Below the pieces are notes generated by a model. The model made no database searches. It was not told the DNA's origin and saw only the letters and a program-made list of their open reading frames with translations. This document shows positions 28,698 to 37,589 of a stretch of DNA of 64,000 nucleotides, piece after piece. Position 1 is the stretch's first letter, and every line of letters starts with the position of its first letter. The position numbers and the translations under genes were made by a program. This DNA is from Clostridiaceae bacterium (GTDB lineage Bacteria; Bacillota; Clostridia; Clostridiales; Clostridiaceae): the NCBI GenBank assembly GCA_031549885.1, contig JAVBPD010000033.1, forward strand, positions 22 through 64,021. The letters are read 5' to 3'.

Positions 28698-29918
28698 TTA
28701 TAGATTTTTTACTCCTTCTCTTAAATACTTATTAAGATCTTCTATTGACATATTATCAAGGCCAAGATAGCTAAGCGTATACCCACCTTTAGTCAGGTCT
28801 TTCTTTGAGATAGCATTTGCAAGATGAATCATTGAATCAACCACTGGAGTTTCTACACCATATTTTTTTCCAAGTTGACTATAAACAAAACAACCTACAG
28901 GAATATCCTCAGTTATATAACGGTTTTCCATATTAAATGGACCTGTGCCAAATTGAATTGGATCTTGTGCATCAAATGGAATTAAATAATTAAGTCCCAT
29001 ATATTCTTGACCTAAGACATTTTCACGTGAGAAGAAATGCTCTCTTTCATATGGTTGTATGCCTACTCCTAATTTACTGGCAATCTCGCACTCTTCTAAG
29101 TAAAAGCTGTACTGCACTTCTGAAATAGAATTACAATATGCATGTGAATAAATCGAAAATTTATGTTTGTCATCCCCAAATATCTTTCCATAGTTTTCCA
29201 TTGTAGAGACGCCTAAGATTGTTCCAGGGCAATGAAGTACAGGGTTAACATTAGATAATCCAATGTCTAAAGCAGTATCTCCTTTTACAACTCCATCTCC
29301 TTTTGTAACACCATCCATAGAAGGTAAGAAATTAGCGGTTTCTAAAAAGTCATCTGTATCACAAGCTGGCATTGCAGCTCCTCTTAAAGTTATGGCTCTA
29401 TAATAAACTCTTATTTTATGGGTTATAACACCACCATAAATATCTACTCTTGATCCATATGTCGACGATGACCATCCTCCAACTATGACATTTTTAGTGC
29501 AGTTAGCTTCTTTCATCATTTTTCTAAGTAAAATTGATCCAAAATTATCTGGGAATATGTGTATAACTTGACCATCCTCCAAACATGGTATTAACTTTTC
29601 AAAGAATGGTTTATGTCCAAATGTAGGGGTTCCAATTACTATTATTCCTGCACCCTTAACAGCTTCAGCAACGTCAGTGGTTACTAATTCCATTTTTGCA
29701 AATCCTTCACGTTCAAACCCGTATAAATTTACCTGTTCACCATAAAATTTAATTCCAACTTCTTTAATATTTTTTAATGTTTTTGTTGCAAATGGTTCAA
29801 CATCGCATATTCTAACTTTAGCACCACCGAGTGCACAATCTCCAGCAATTGCTTTTGATACAGCACCAGCTCCTAATACTGCAATAGATTTTTCTTTTAA
29901 ATAATCAAATTTTCCCAT
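28698..29918 (-). CDS. NAD(P)-dependent opine (octopine/nopaline) dehydrogenase-family protein
   Basis: Rossmann motif IAVLGAGAVSKAIAG. The downstream NPVLHCPGTILG motif resembles the opine-dehydrogenase helical domain. ATG at 29918 has a GGAG ribosome-binding site. Confidence 0.6.
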   Translation of the reverse strand: MGKFDYLKEKSIAVLGAGAVSKAIAGDCALGGAKVRICDVEPFATKTLKNIKEVGIKFYGEQVNLYGFEREGFAKMELVTTDVAEAVKGAGIIVIGTPTFGHKPFFEKLIPCLEDGQVIHIFPDNFGSILLRKMMKEANCTKNVIVGGWSSSTYGSRVDIYGGVITHKIRVYYRAITLRGAAMPACDTDDFLETANFLPSMDGVTKGDGVVKGDTALDIGLSNVNPVLHCPGTILGVSTMENYGKIFGDDKHKFSIYSHAYCNSISEVQYSFYLEECEIASKLGVGIQPYEREHFFSRENVLGQEYMGLNYLIPFDAQDPIQFGTGPFNMENRYITEDIPVGCFVYSQLGKKYGVETPVVDSMIHLANAISKKDLTKGGYTLSYLGLDNMSIEDLNKYLREGVKNL

Positions 29919-29940
29919 AAAACACACTCCAAGTTAATAT

Positions 29941-30570
29941 TTATTTAATTAAACTTTTACAAAGCATTACTGCACCACCTGCATCATCTGAATAGCCATC
30001 AGAATTAATTACCTTTGCAAATTCTTCAGAAACAGGAGCTCCGCCAACAATAACTTTTACATCTTTAAACTTATCTTTAATCGCTGCAACAGTTTCTTTC
30101 ATTGCACTCATGGTAGTAGTTAAAAGCGCTGAGAGCCCAACAACATCTGGTTTTTCTTTTTCACAAGCTTCTAAGAAGGTATTAGCGTCTATATCAACAC
30201 CAAGATCGATAACTTTAAATCCGCTTACTTCAAGCATCATGCCAACCAAATTTTTTCCAATATCGTGCAAATCACCTTGTACAGTGCCAATAACAACTGT
30301 TCCAGCAGTACTAATATCACTATCGTTTAATAATGGTTTTATTTCATCAAGTCCCATTTTCATTACATCAGCAGACATCAAAACTTCTGGTATAAACATT
30401 TCACCTGATTCCATTCTAGGTCCAACGATATCCATAGCTGGTATTAAGCCTTTATTTAAAATATCGTTTGCACTTATACCATTATCTAAAGCTTCCTTTA
30501 CAAGTGACACTATTTCTTCATCATCACCATTTATTATACAATTTGTTATTTTTAATAATTGTTCTGACAT
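29941..30570 (-). CDS. Cobalamin-binding corrinoid protein (MtgC/MttC-like)
   Basis: B12-binding DxHxxG motif in GDLHDIGKNLV. About 210 aa with a helical cap plus Rossmann-like domain. AGGAGG ribosome-binding site. Confidence 0.85.
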   Translation of the reverse strand: MSEQLLKITNCIINGDDEEIVSLVKEALDNGISANDILNKGLIPAMDIVGPRMESGEMFIPEVLMSADVMKMGLDEIKPLLNDSDISTAGTVVIGTVQGDLHDIGKNLVGMMLEVSGFKVIDLGVDIDANTFLEACEKEKPDVVGLSALLTTTMSAMKETVAAIKDKFKDVKVIVGGAPVSEEFAKVINSDGYSDDAGGAVMLCKSLIK

Positions 30571-30581
30571 AATACAACCTC

Positions 30582-31388
30582 CTAAAAATCTAATAATCCA
30601 TTTCTAAATGCTTTTAAATATCTCTTTGTAAATTTATCTCTATTTAATAGAGCCTCTGCGCTATAAATCATAGCCATCATTCTTTTATTGCCTGGATCTA
30701 AAATAGCTCCATCAAGCCCTGCCATTATGCAAAGAGTCAAAAATGTTGAATTTAAAATTCCTCTTTTGGGCAGTCCATAAGAAACATTGCTAAGCCCACA
30801 CATAAAATGTACTTTTGGTTTTTGTGCTACAATTCCTTTAATAGTTTCAATTACTATTACTCCCATGTCCGGAGATGAACTTATTGGCTGAACAAGCGGA
30901 TCCATGAAAATGTCTTCACAAGAAACTCCATCCTCATTAAGCCTATTAATTAATTCAAGCCCAACTTTTACCCTCAAATCTGAAGTTTTAGGCATTCCAA
31001 ATTCATCACTTATGACTAAAGACACGATTTTACCCTTATATTTTTTTACAAGAGGTATTATCCTTTCATAACGCTCATTTTCATTGGTAATAGAATTAAT
31101 CATTGGTACACCTTTGTGTACTTTTAGTGCTGCTTCTAATGCTTCTGGATCTGGGCTATCAATACAGCATGGTAAATTCACAGTTTTTTGAACCGTTTCT
31201 ACAAGCCATGGCAAAGCTTCTACCTCTTCATCAACTAGCGTACCACAATTTACATCGATATAATTTGCTCCAAAATCTGCTTGATATTTTGCAAGATTAG
31301 AAATAAACTCCTCATCTCTTGCAAGCACCGCTTCTGTAACTCCTTTTAAACTTGTATTGATTTTTTCTCCAACAATAATCAAGTTCAT
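30582..31388 (-). CDS. Methylcorrinoid:tetrahydrofolate methyltransferase (pterin-binding, MtgA/MtrH-like)
   Basis: MNLIIVGEKINTS...GANYIDVNCGT is typical of pterin-binding TIM barrels. ATG at 31388 is preceded by AAAGGAGG. Confidence 0.75.
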   Translation of the reverse strand: MNLIIVGEKINTSLKGVTEAVLARDEEFISNLAKYQADFGANYIDVNCGTLVDEEVEALPWLVETVQKTVNLPCCIDSPDPEALEAALKVHKGVPMINSITNENERYERIIPLVKKYKGKIVSLVISDEFGMPKTSDLRVKVGLELINRLNEDGVSCEDIFMDPLVQPISSSPDMGVIVIETIKGIVAQKPKVHFMCGLSNVSYGLPKRGILNSTFLTLCIMAGLDGAILDPGNKRMMAMIYSAEALLNRDKFTKRYLKAFRNGLLDF

Positions 31389-31455
31389 AACCTCCTTTTT
31401 GCCTTTCAAAATATATAGTAGCAATTTCTATGCCTGATTCACTTTCTTTAAAAAA

Positions 31456-32868
31456 TTAATTGATTTTTTCTAAAATACTTTTATCAACTCCAATTTCAAC
31501 CATATATTCATCAAGCTTATCGATGCTGTTTAATTCAGGTTTTTTATAGCTTTCTAAAGCATAATTAGCCTGTGCCCTTAGCTCCTCTGTAAATATTTCA
31601 TTTGCATCTTTATCTTTAGGCACTTTTTTATTTTTACTTACAAGTGGAACCCAAGGGTCTTTTCTAATTCTTTTAAAAGTATGATTATGAGATATAAAGT
31701 TTTTTCCATTAGATGCATCTCTTATGGCATCTAATGCTAATGTCTGGTCATTTACTTCAAGGTCTGAGAAATAATACTGCATTCTTGAAATTGTTTCAAT
31801 GTCTAAAACAAACTTTTCATAGCTCATTGCAGAAAAAGAATCTAAAATGCCAGCAGCATGCATTACAAAATTACCATTTTGAGAAAATGTCTCAAAAATA
31901 CCCATTGCGCTTTCTACCCCAGCTTGCGCACCTACTGCTTTAGCATCTGTTAATGGCCCCCCTGATCTCTTTGGAAATCCATATTTTTCCGAAAGCATTG
32001 CGCCATACTTTGCTTGCTTAGAAAACCCAGGAGATCCAATAGAAACATTCATTGTGGACATGTTTGAAACTGTAGCTGCAAATCCATATACAATAGGAGT
32101 TCCTGGGTTTATAATTTGTGCAAGTGCCATACAAGCTAAGAACTCTGCATTAGCAAGTGCAACATTTCCAGCAAGTGAAATTGGTCCTGTAGCTCCTGCC
32201 ATACATCCTGGAGCTATTATTATAGGTTGATTATTAGAAGCCATTAAATTTAAGGAATCAATCATATTTTTATCTATCATAAGCGGGCTAAGTGGTGAAA
32301 TTAATGTAATTATCCTATAGTTATTTTTAAGATCGTTTTCATCTTCAAATGTTATTTTCACCATATTGATGATATCTTCAACTGATTTTTTAGATCCTGC
32401 TATTCCCAATATGCATTTGTCAGAAAGCTTAATGCTTGAATAAATCATCACTTGATTGCCAATAGATGCATCAATATCATTTGGCTGGGCTAAAATTCCA
32501 CCATTTATTTTAAAAACATCATTCACATGTGTAAGCTTTGCGAAATTAATAAAATCCTCTAAAAGCGCTAACCTTTGATTTCCATTTTGCTGAGCTATTT
32601 TAGCGCACCCAAAGCCTGGCGAAAAATTCATAGTTTTATCACTTATATGCATATCAAATTTATTGTTTCTTGCTTTAATGGTAAACTCTTTTTTAGCCAT
32701 ATTTAAATATTTATTAATTTGATCTTCAGTAAAAAACGCTCTTTGGCCTTCTACTTTTATGCCGTTTTTCTTAAGGAGCTCACATATTTCTGCGCTTTGA
32801 AATTCCATTCCAATTTCTTCTAGTATTTTTATAGAAGCATTGTGAAGCTTTTCAATTTTATTTTCCAT
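31456..32868 (-). CDS. MttB-superfamily (trimethylamine methyltransferase family) protein, non-pyrrolysine, paralog 1
   Basis: 470-aa uninterrupted ORF. N-terminal IEKLHNASIKILEEIGMEF and an MttB-like core. GGAGG ribosome-binding site. Confidence 0.85.
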   Translation of the reverse strand: MENKIEKLHNASIKILEEIGMEFQSAEICELLKKNGIKVEGQRAFFTEDQINKYLNMAKKEFTIKARNNKFDMHISDKTMNFSPGFGCAKIAQQNGNQRLALLEDFINFAKLTHVNDVFKINGGILAQPNDIDASIGNQVMIYSSIKLSDKCILGIAGSKKSVEDIINMVKITFEDENDLKNNYRIITLISPLSPLMIDKNMIDSLNLMASNNQPIIIAPGCMAGATGPISLAGNVALANAEFLACMALAQIINPGTPIVYGFAATVSNMSTMNVSIGSPGFSKQAKYGAMLSEKYGFPKRSGGPLTDAKAVGAQAGVESAMGIFETFSQNGNFVMHAAGILDSFSAMSYEKFVLDIETISRMQYYFSDLEVNDQTLALDAIRDASNGKNFISHNHTFKRIRKDPWVPLVSKNKKVPKDKDANEIFTEELRAQANYALESYKKPELNSIDKLDEYMVEIGVDKSILEKIN

Positions 32869-32910
32869 TTATACACCTCCATTTAATAATTCCAATATAA
32901 CTTCTTATAA

Positions 32911-32926
32911 AGCATTTTTTATACCA
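32911..32926 (-). promoter_or_regulatory. Candidate sigma-54 promoter for the MttB1 operon
   Basis: The minus strand reads TGGTATAAAAAATGCT. GG and GC have the correct N10 spacing, but flanking positions match the consensus poorly. Lies about 45 nt upstream of the MttB1 ATG. Confidence 0.45.
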
Positions 32927-32976
32927 AACATGAAATATGAAAAAAAATTATTATTAAATTTTAAATAATTCATTTA

Positions 32977-32991
32977 TGGCATGCAATTTGC
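32977..32991 (+). promoter_or_regulatory. Predicted sigma-54 promoter for the panB-MttB2-racemase operon
   Basis: The plus strand reads TGGCATGCAATTTGC (consensus TGGCACG-N4-TTGC). Lies 58 nt upstream of the ATG at 33049. Confidence 0.7.
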
Positions 32992-33048
32992 TTAATAATC
33001 ATATATTAAAGTCTTTATAAAATAATTATAGAAAGTGAGATTATAAAA

Positions 33049-33894
33049 ATGAAGAAAAAGACAATTCTAGATTTATTTGATATGAAGAAAAAAAAGGAGA
33101 AACTCACTTGGATAACAGCTTATGATTTTCCTATGGCTTCCTTTGCAGAACAAGCTGGAATGGATATGATACTTGTAGGTGATTCACTAGGAATGGTAGT
33201 TTTAGGTTATGATGGCACCGTACCTGTTACTATGGAAGATTGCATAAGCCATTGCCAAGCAGTTAGAAGAGGAGCTCCTAATACATTTGTAATGGGAGAT
33301 ATGCCTTTTGGTTCTTATCAAGTAAGCGCAGAAGAAGCAGTTAAAAATGCAGTTCGCTTTATTAAAGAAGCAAATATGGATGCTGTTAAATTAGAAGGCG
33401 GAAGAGTTGTACTTAATCAAATAAAGGCAATAAGCGATGCTGGTATTGTAGTTTGTGGCCATATTGGTCTTACTCCTCAAAGCTCAGGACAACTTGGAGG
33501 TTTTAAAGCTCAAGGAAGAACTGTGCAAGCTGCAAGAGAATTAATAAGAGATGCTATGGAAATTGAAAAAGCAGGTGCAAGGCTTCTTCTTCTTGAAGCA
33601 ATACCTCCTGAAGTTACAGAATTCATAGCAAATAAACTTACGATACCAGTATATTCAATAGGTGCTGGTCTCCCTTGTGATGGGCAATTAACTATATGCG
33701 GAGATATGTTAGGGATGTTCCAAGCATTTACTCCTAAATTCGTGAAAAAATATGCTAATGTAGCAGAAGTTATAACAAACGCATTTAAAGAGTATGTTAA
33801 AGATATTAAAGAAGAGAAATTCCCTGAAGATAAACATGTTTACCACATTTTAGATGACAAAAGTGATTTTGAAAAAATGTTTCAAGAATTTTAA
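33049..33894 (+). CDS. panB: 3-methyl-2-oxobutanoate hydroxymethyltransferase (ketopantoate hydroxymethyltransferase)
   Basis: Strong resemblance to E. coli PanB along its whole length: TAYD, LVGDSLGMVVLGYD.T.PVT, AVRRGAPN, VKLEGG, CGHIGLTPQS. Confidence 0.85.
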   Translation: MKKKTILDLFDMKKKKEKLTWITAYDFPMASFAEQAGMDMILVGDSLGMVVLGYDGTVPVTMEDCISHCQAVRRGAPNTFVMGDMPFGSYQVSAEEAVKNAVRFIKEANMDAVKLEGGRVVLNQIKAISDAGIVVCGHIGLTPQSSGQLGGFKAQGRTVQAARELIRDAMEIEKAGARLLLLEAIPPEVTEFIANKLTIPVYSIGAGLPCDGQLTICGDMLGMFQAFTPKFVKKYANVAEVITNAFKEYVKDIKEEKFPEDKHVYHILDDKSDFEKMFQEF

Positions 33895-33939
33895 TAAAGC
33901 TTTTGTCTCAAATTGATATAGAGAGGTAGAATAGATATA

Positions 33940-35373
33940 ATGAAAAATTACAGTATTGAAAGGAATATAAACTTCTCTGTTATGTCTCAATCTGATATTG
34001 AGATGATACATGAGAAGAGCTTAGAAGTATTAGAAAGGATTGGTATGAAAATTTCTGGCCAAAGGATGCTCACGCTTTTAAAAGAAGCTGGTGCTACCCT
34101 TGATGGAGAAATAGTTAAAATACCTAGATCTATGGTTGAAAAGGCTCTTAAATCTGTTCCAAAGGAAGTAATAATATACAATAGAAGTGGAGAACCCCAT
34201 ATTATATGCAATAGCAAAAACAATGTATACTTTGGCACACATGCAGATCAACTTGAAATAATTGATCCTTATACCGGAAAGACTCGTAAGTTTTTAAAGA
34301 AAGATACTGAGCTTATGTGCAAAATTGCAGACTTTTTACCAAATATAGATTTTGTTTTATCTGTAGGTTTATCAAGTGATATAGATCCAAAAGTTCAATC
34401 TCAAGTTAGTTTCATTGAAACGGTTAAACACTTTTCAAAGCCAATTAACTTTTCAACTAATAATATAGAATCTCTTCAAGAGATAATTGATATTGCAGCT
34501 ATTGTAGCAGGTGGCAAAGAAAAGCTTCAAGAGAAACCTTTTGTATTTAACTATTGTGAACCAATACCACCGCTTACTCACCCAATTGAGAGCACAGAAA
34601 AGCTTTATATAAGTGCAGAAAATAAAATTCCAGTTGTTTATATGCCATATTGCATGATGGGTGGAACATCTCCAATTAAAAAAGCAGTAACTTTAATACA
34701 ATGTAACTCTGAACTTTTATGCGGTATAGTTATGACTCAGCTTGTAAATGAAGGAGCGCCATTTATTTACGGAGCTATGCCTTCTGTATTTGATATGAAA
34801 ACCAGCATAGGAAGTTATGCTGCACCTGAATTCCATTTGATGATCGCTGCAGCTTCTGAAATGGCTAATTTTTATGGAGTACCATTCTATGGAACGGCAG
34901 CATCAAGCGATTCAAAAAGCCATGATGCACAAATGTTTACAGAAACCTCCTACGAAATTTTATCAACTCTTTTGAGTAAAGCTAATATTGTTCATGATGT
35001 AGGCATATCAGATCACTGCAATAGCGTTTCACCAGTATCCGTAGTTATTGCAAATGAAACTATAGAAATGTTAAAACATTATTCAAAAGGCTTATCGTTT
35101 GACGAAGCTGACCTTGATTTATCCATCTTAGAAGAAGTAGGTCATGGTGGACATTATTTAAATACAAAACAAACCCGTAAGAATTTTAAATCCATATGGT
35201 ATCCTGAATTATTTAGCAGAAAGATGAAAAACCCTGATGATTCTGAGGTAATTCAAAATGCAGTTAATAAAATTAAACATATTTATGAAAATCATAAGGT
35301 TCAGCCTTTAGATGAGTCTATACTCAATAAATTAAATGAAATGCAGAAAAAATATGAGGATTCAGTAAAATAA
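33940..35373 (+). CDS. MttB-superfamily protein, non-pyrrolysine, paralog 2
   Basis: 477-aa uninterrupted ORF. N-terminal IEMIHEKSLEVLERIGMKI parallels paralogs 1 and 3. Confidence 0.85.
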   Translation: MKNYSIERNINFSVMSQSDIEMIHEKSLEVLERIGMKISGQRMLTLLKEAGATLDGEIVKIPRSMVEKALKSVPKEVIIYNRSGEPHIICNSKNNVYFGTHADQLEIIDPYTGKTRKFLKKDTELMCKIADFLPNIDFVLSVGLSSDIDPKVQSQVSFIETVKHFSKPINFSTNNIESLQEIIDIAAIVAGGKEKLQEKPFVFNYCEPIPPLTHPIESTEKLYISAENKIPVVYMPYCMMGGTSPIKKAVTLIQCNSELLCGIVMTQLVNEGAPFIYGAMPSVFDMKTSIGSYAAPEFHLMIAAASEMANFYGVPFYGTAASSDSKSHDAQMFTETSYEILSTLLSKANIVHDVGISDHCNSVSPVSVVIANETIEMLKHYSKGLSFDEADLDLSILEEVGHGGHYLNTKQTRKNFKSIWYPELFSRKMKNPDDSEVIQNAVNKIKHIYENHKVQPLDESILNKLNEMQKKYEDSVK

Positions 35374-35384
35374 GGAGGCGCATT

Positions 35385-36173
35385 ATGTTTTATCAAAGTA
35401 GAGACCTTAAAATAGATTATATGAAAACTCGTAAAAACCACACTTGCTATGGCATGGGCATAGGCATTATGGTTTTAGATGATGCTTATCCTGGTTTTCC
35501 TGGTGATGTAAGAAATGCTAGTGGATTTGGCTATCCTATTCAATATGAAATAGCCGAAGGTGTTGATAATTATACTTTAGTTTGGGAGCAAGATAAAACA
35601 CCTTGCAGAGAACCAATTTTAAGAGCTGCAAAGAAACTTGAAAAAATGGGATGTCGTGCTATTGCTGCTGAATGTGGATATTTTGCTTATTTCCAAAAAG
35701 ATGTTGCAGGCCATGTAGATGTACCTGTATTTATGTCAAGCCTTCTTCAAGTTCCTTTTATACAACAGCTTATAGGGCCTAAAAATTACGTTGGAATAGT
35801 TTGTGCTCAAAAAAGATTTTTAACTGATGTTCATCTTACTAATGTGGGAATTGATTTAAACAGCAACTTCAAAATTGCTGGAGCTCAAGATGAATATGGC
35901 TGCCCTCAATTTGATACTCTATGGGATCATGAAAAAAGGCCAGAAATTCCTGAAAGTTATTACAATAAGTCTGAAGAAGATATGATTAAAATATGCAAGG
36001 CATTTATTCAAAAAAATCCTGAGATAAAAGCTCTTATGTTAGAATGTACGGGAATGCAGCCTTACGCAAGAGCAATACAAAGAGAGCTTGACCTTCCAAT
36101 ATTTAGCTGGGGTACTCTTTTAGATTATGCTTATTCAGTTATAAATCATAGAGAGTATTATGGACATATTTAA
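35385..36173 (+). CDS. Asp/Glu/hydantoin-racemase-superfamily protein
   Basis: IGIMVLDDAYPGFPGDVRNA N-terminus and two candidate catalytic Cys contexts (AAECGYF and LECTGMQ), as in two-thiol racemases and arylmalonate-decarboxylase relatives. Confidence 0.55.
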   Translation: MFYQSRDLKIDYMKTRKNHTCYGMGIGIMVLDDAYPGFPGDVRNASGFGYPIQYEIAEGVDNYTLVWEQDKTPCREPILRAAKKLEKMGCRAIAAECGYFAYFQKDVAGHVDVPVFMSSLLQVPFIQQLIGPKNYVGIVCAQKRFLTDVHLTNVGIDLNSNFKIAGAQDEYGCPQFDTLWDHEKRPEIPESYYNKSEEDMIKICKAFIQKNPEIKALMLECTGMQPYARAIQRELDLPIFSWGTLLDYAYSVINHREYYGHI

Positions 36174-36191
36174 ACCTTATTTATACCTACA

Positions 36192-36226
36192 AAAATAAGT
36201 GCATAATTATTGCACTTATTTTTTAT
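36192..36226. terminator. Bidirectional rho-independent terminator
   Basis: Perfect 12-bp stem AAAATAAGTGCA/TGCACTTATTTT, 7-nt loop, with A- and T-runs on the two sides. Confidence 0.75.
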
Positions 36227-36232
36227 TGTTAT

Positions 36233-37537
36233 TTATTTTATTATTTCATATATTAATGGAATATCTTTATTATACTCATCATCTATAACAAAGCAATTTA
36301 AAAAATCATATACCATTTCATTTCCTAACTTAACATTATTTGCATGAATAAAACCAAGCGTTTCACCCTTTAAGACTCTATCTCCTCTTTTTTTACGTAG
36401 CACAACCCCAACAGCTAAATCAATAATGCTCTCTTTAGTAATCCTTCCAGCACCTAGTTTCATAGCTACATTTCCCACTTCTTCAGCATGTATTTTAGAA
36501 ATATATCCATTTTGCTTAGATTTTACTTCAATTACATATTTAGCCTTTGGCATTTTAGAAGTGTCTAAAACTGAAGTTAAATTTCCACCTTGAGCTTTCA
36601 CAAATTGTTTAAATTTCTCAAAAGCTTTCCCTGATGATATGCTATCTTTTAATAAATTTCTCGCCTTCTTTTCATCATTTAGAAAGCCAGAAAGCATTAC
36701 CATTTGACTCCCTAAAGTTAAACAAAGCTCCATTAAATCCTGAGGACCATGGCCTTTTAAAGTGTCTATAGCTTCTTTAACTTCAAGGGCATTTCCTACA
36801 GCAAAGCCAAGAGGTTGATCCATATCTGAAATCACTGCTACAGTTTTTCTATTTACCATCTTTCCAATAGAAACCATAGCTTTTGCAAGCCCCATAGCAT
36901 CTTCCTTTGTCTTCATAAAAGCACCTTCACCAAGCTTTATATCAAGCACAATTGCATCTGCACCTGAAGCTATTTTTTTGCTCATGATGCTCGATGCTAT
37001 TAAAGAAGTATTTTCCACAGTAGCTGTTAAATCTCTAAGGACATATAGCTTCTTATCTGCAGGGGCAAGGTCTCCGGTTTGGCCTCCCACTACAATTTTT
37101 ATTTCGTTTACATTTTTGATGAATTTTCCCTTATCCATATTAACATTAAAACCATCAATTGATTCTAATTTATCTATGGTACCACCAGTATGGCCAAGAC
37201 CTCTTCCGCTCATTTTAGCTACAGGTATTCCAAGTGATGAAACCATTGGGCCTAAAACTAAAGTAGTTGTATCCCCAACACCACCTGTAGAATGTTTATC
37301 AACTTTAATTCCATGAATATCTGAAAGATCTAAAATTTCACCAGAATCCACCATGCTCATGGTTAAATCAGCTGTTTCCCTTTCATTCATCTTTTTAAAA
37401 AATATAGCCATAAGAAGGGCTGATACTTGATAATCTGGTATTTCACCTTTTACATACCCATTTATAAAAAACTCTATTTCTTGTTTAGATAATTCATTTC
37501 CTTCACGTTTCTTAAGTATAATATCGTACATCCTCAT
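36233..37537 (-). CDS. pdp: Pyrimidine-nucleoside (thymidine) phosphorylase
   Basis: [38 protein letters not shown] and [16 protein letters not shown] motifs. ATG at 37537 has a GAGGTG ribosome-binding site. Confidence 0.9.
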   Translation of the reverse strand: MRMYDIILKKREGNELSKQEIEFFINGYVKGEIPDYQVSALLMAIFFKKMNERETADLTMSMVDSGEILDLSDIHGIKVDKHSTGGVGDTTTLVLGPMVSSLGIPVAKMSGRGLGHTGGTIDKLESIDGFNVNMDKGKFIKNVNEIKIVVGGQTGDLAPADKKLYVLRDLTATVENTSLIASSIMSKKIASGADAIVLDIKLGEGAFMKTKEDAMGLAKAMVSIGKMVNRKTVAVISDMDQPLGFAVGNALEVKEAIDTLKGHGPQDLMELCLTLGSQMVMLSGFLNDEKKARNLLKDSISSGKAFEKFKQFVKAQGGNLTSVLDTSKMPKAKYVIEVKSKQNGYISKIHAEEVGNVAMKLGAGRITKESIIDLAVGVVLRKKRGDRVLKGETLGFIHANNVKLGNEMVYDFLNCFVIDDEYNKDIPLIYEIIK

Positions 37538-37589
37538 AAACGCGCACCTCAATCTAAATTTTACTTATAAATGTTTAATTAAATCTATC

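Noticed and set aside
30110-30607. 165-aa ORF on the plus strand
   Set aside because: It lies entirely antisense to the corrinoid protein gene, which has a clear DxHxxG motif and RBS. It is Ser/Ile/Pro-rich mirror-frame sequence. The same reasoning rejects the other long antisense ORFs (15998..16366, 17156..17470, 18013..18297, 22395..22715, 36978..37316, 54484..54984, 60185..60601).
31456-35373. Possibility that the MttB homologs are pyrrolysine (UAG-containing) trimethylamine methyltransferases
   Set aside because: All three ORFs are uninterrupted at full family length (470, 477 and 464 aa) with no in-frame TAG, and no pylTSBCD genes are in the window. They are non-Pyl family members.
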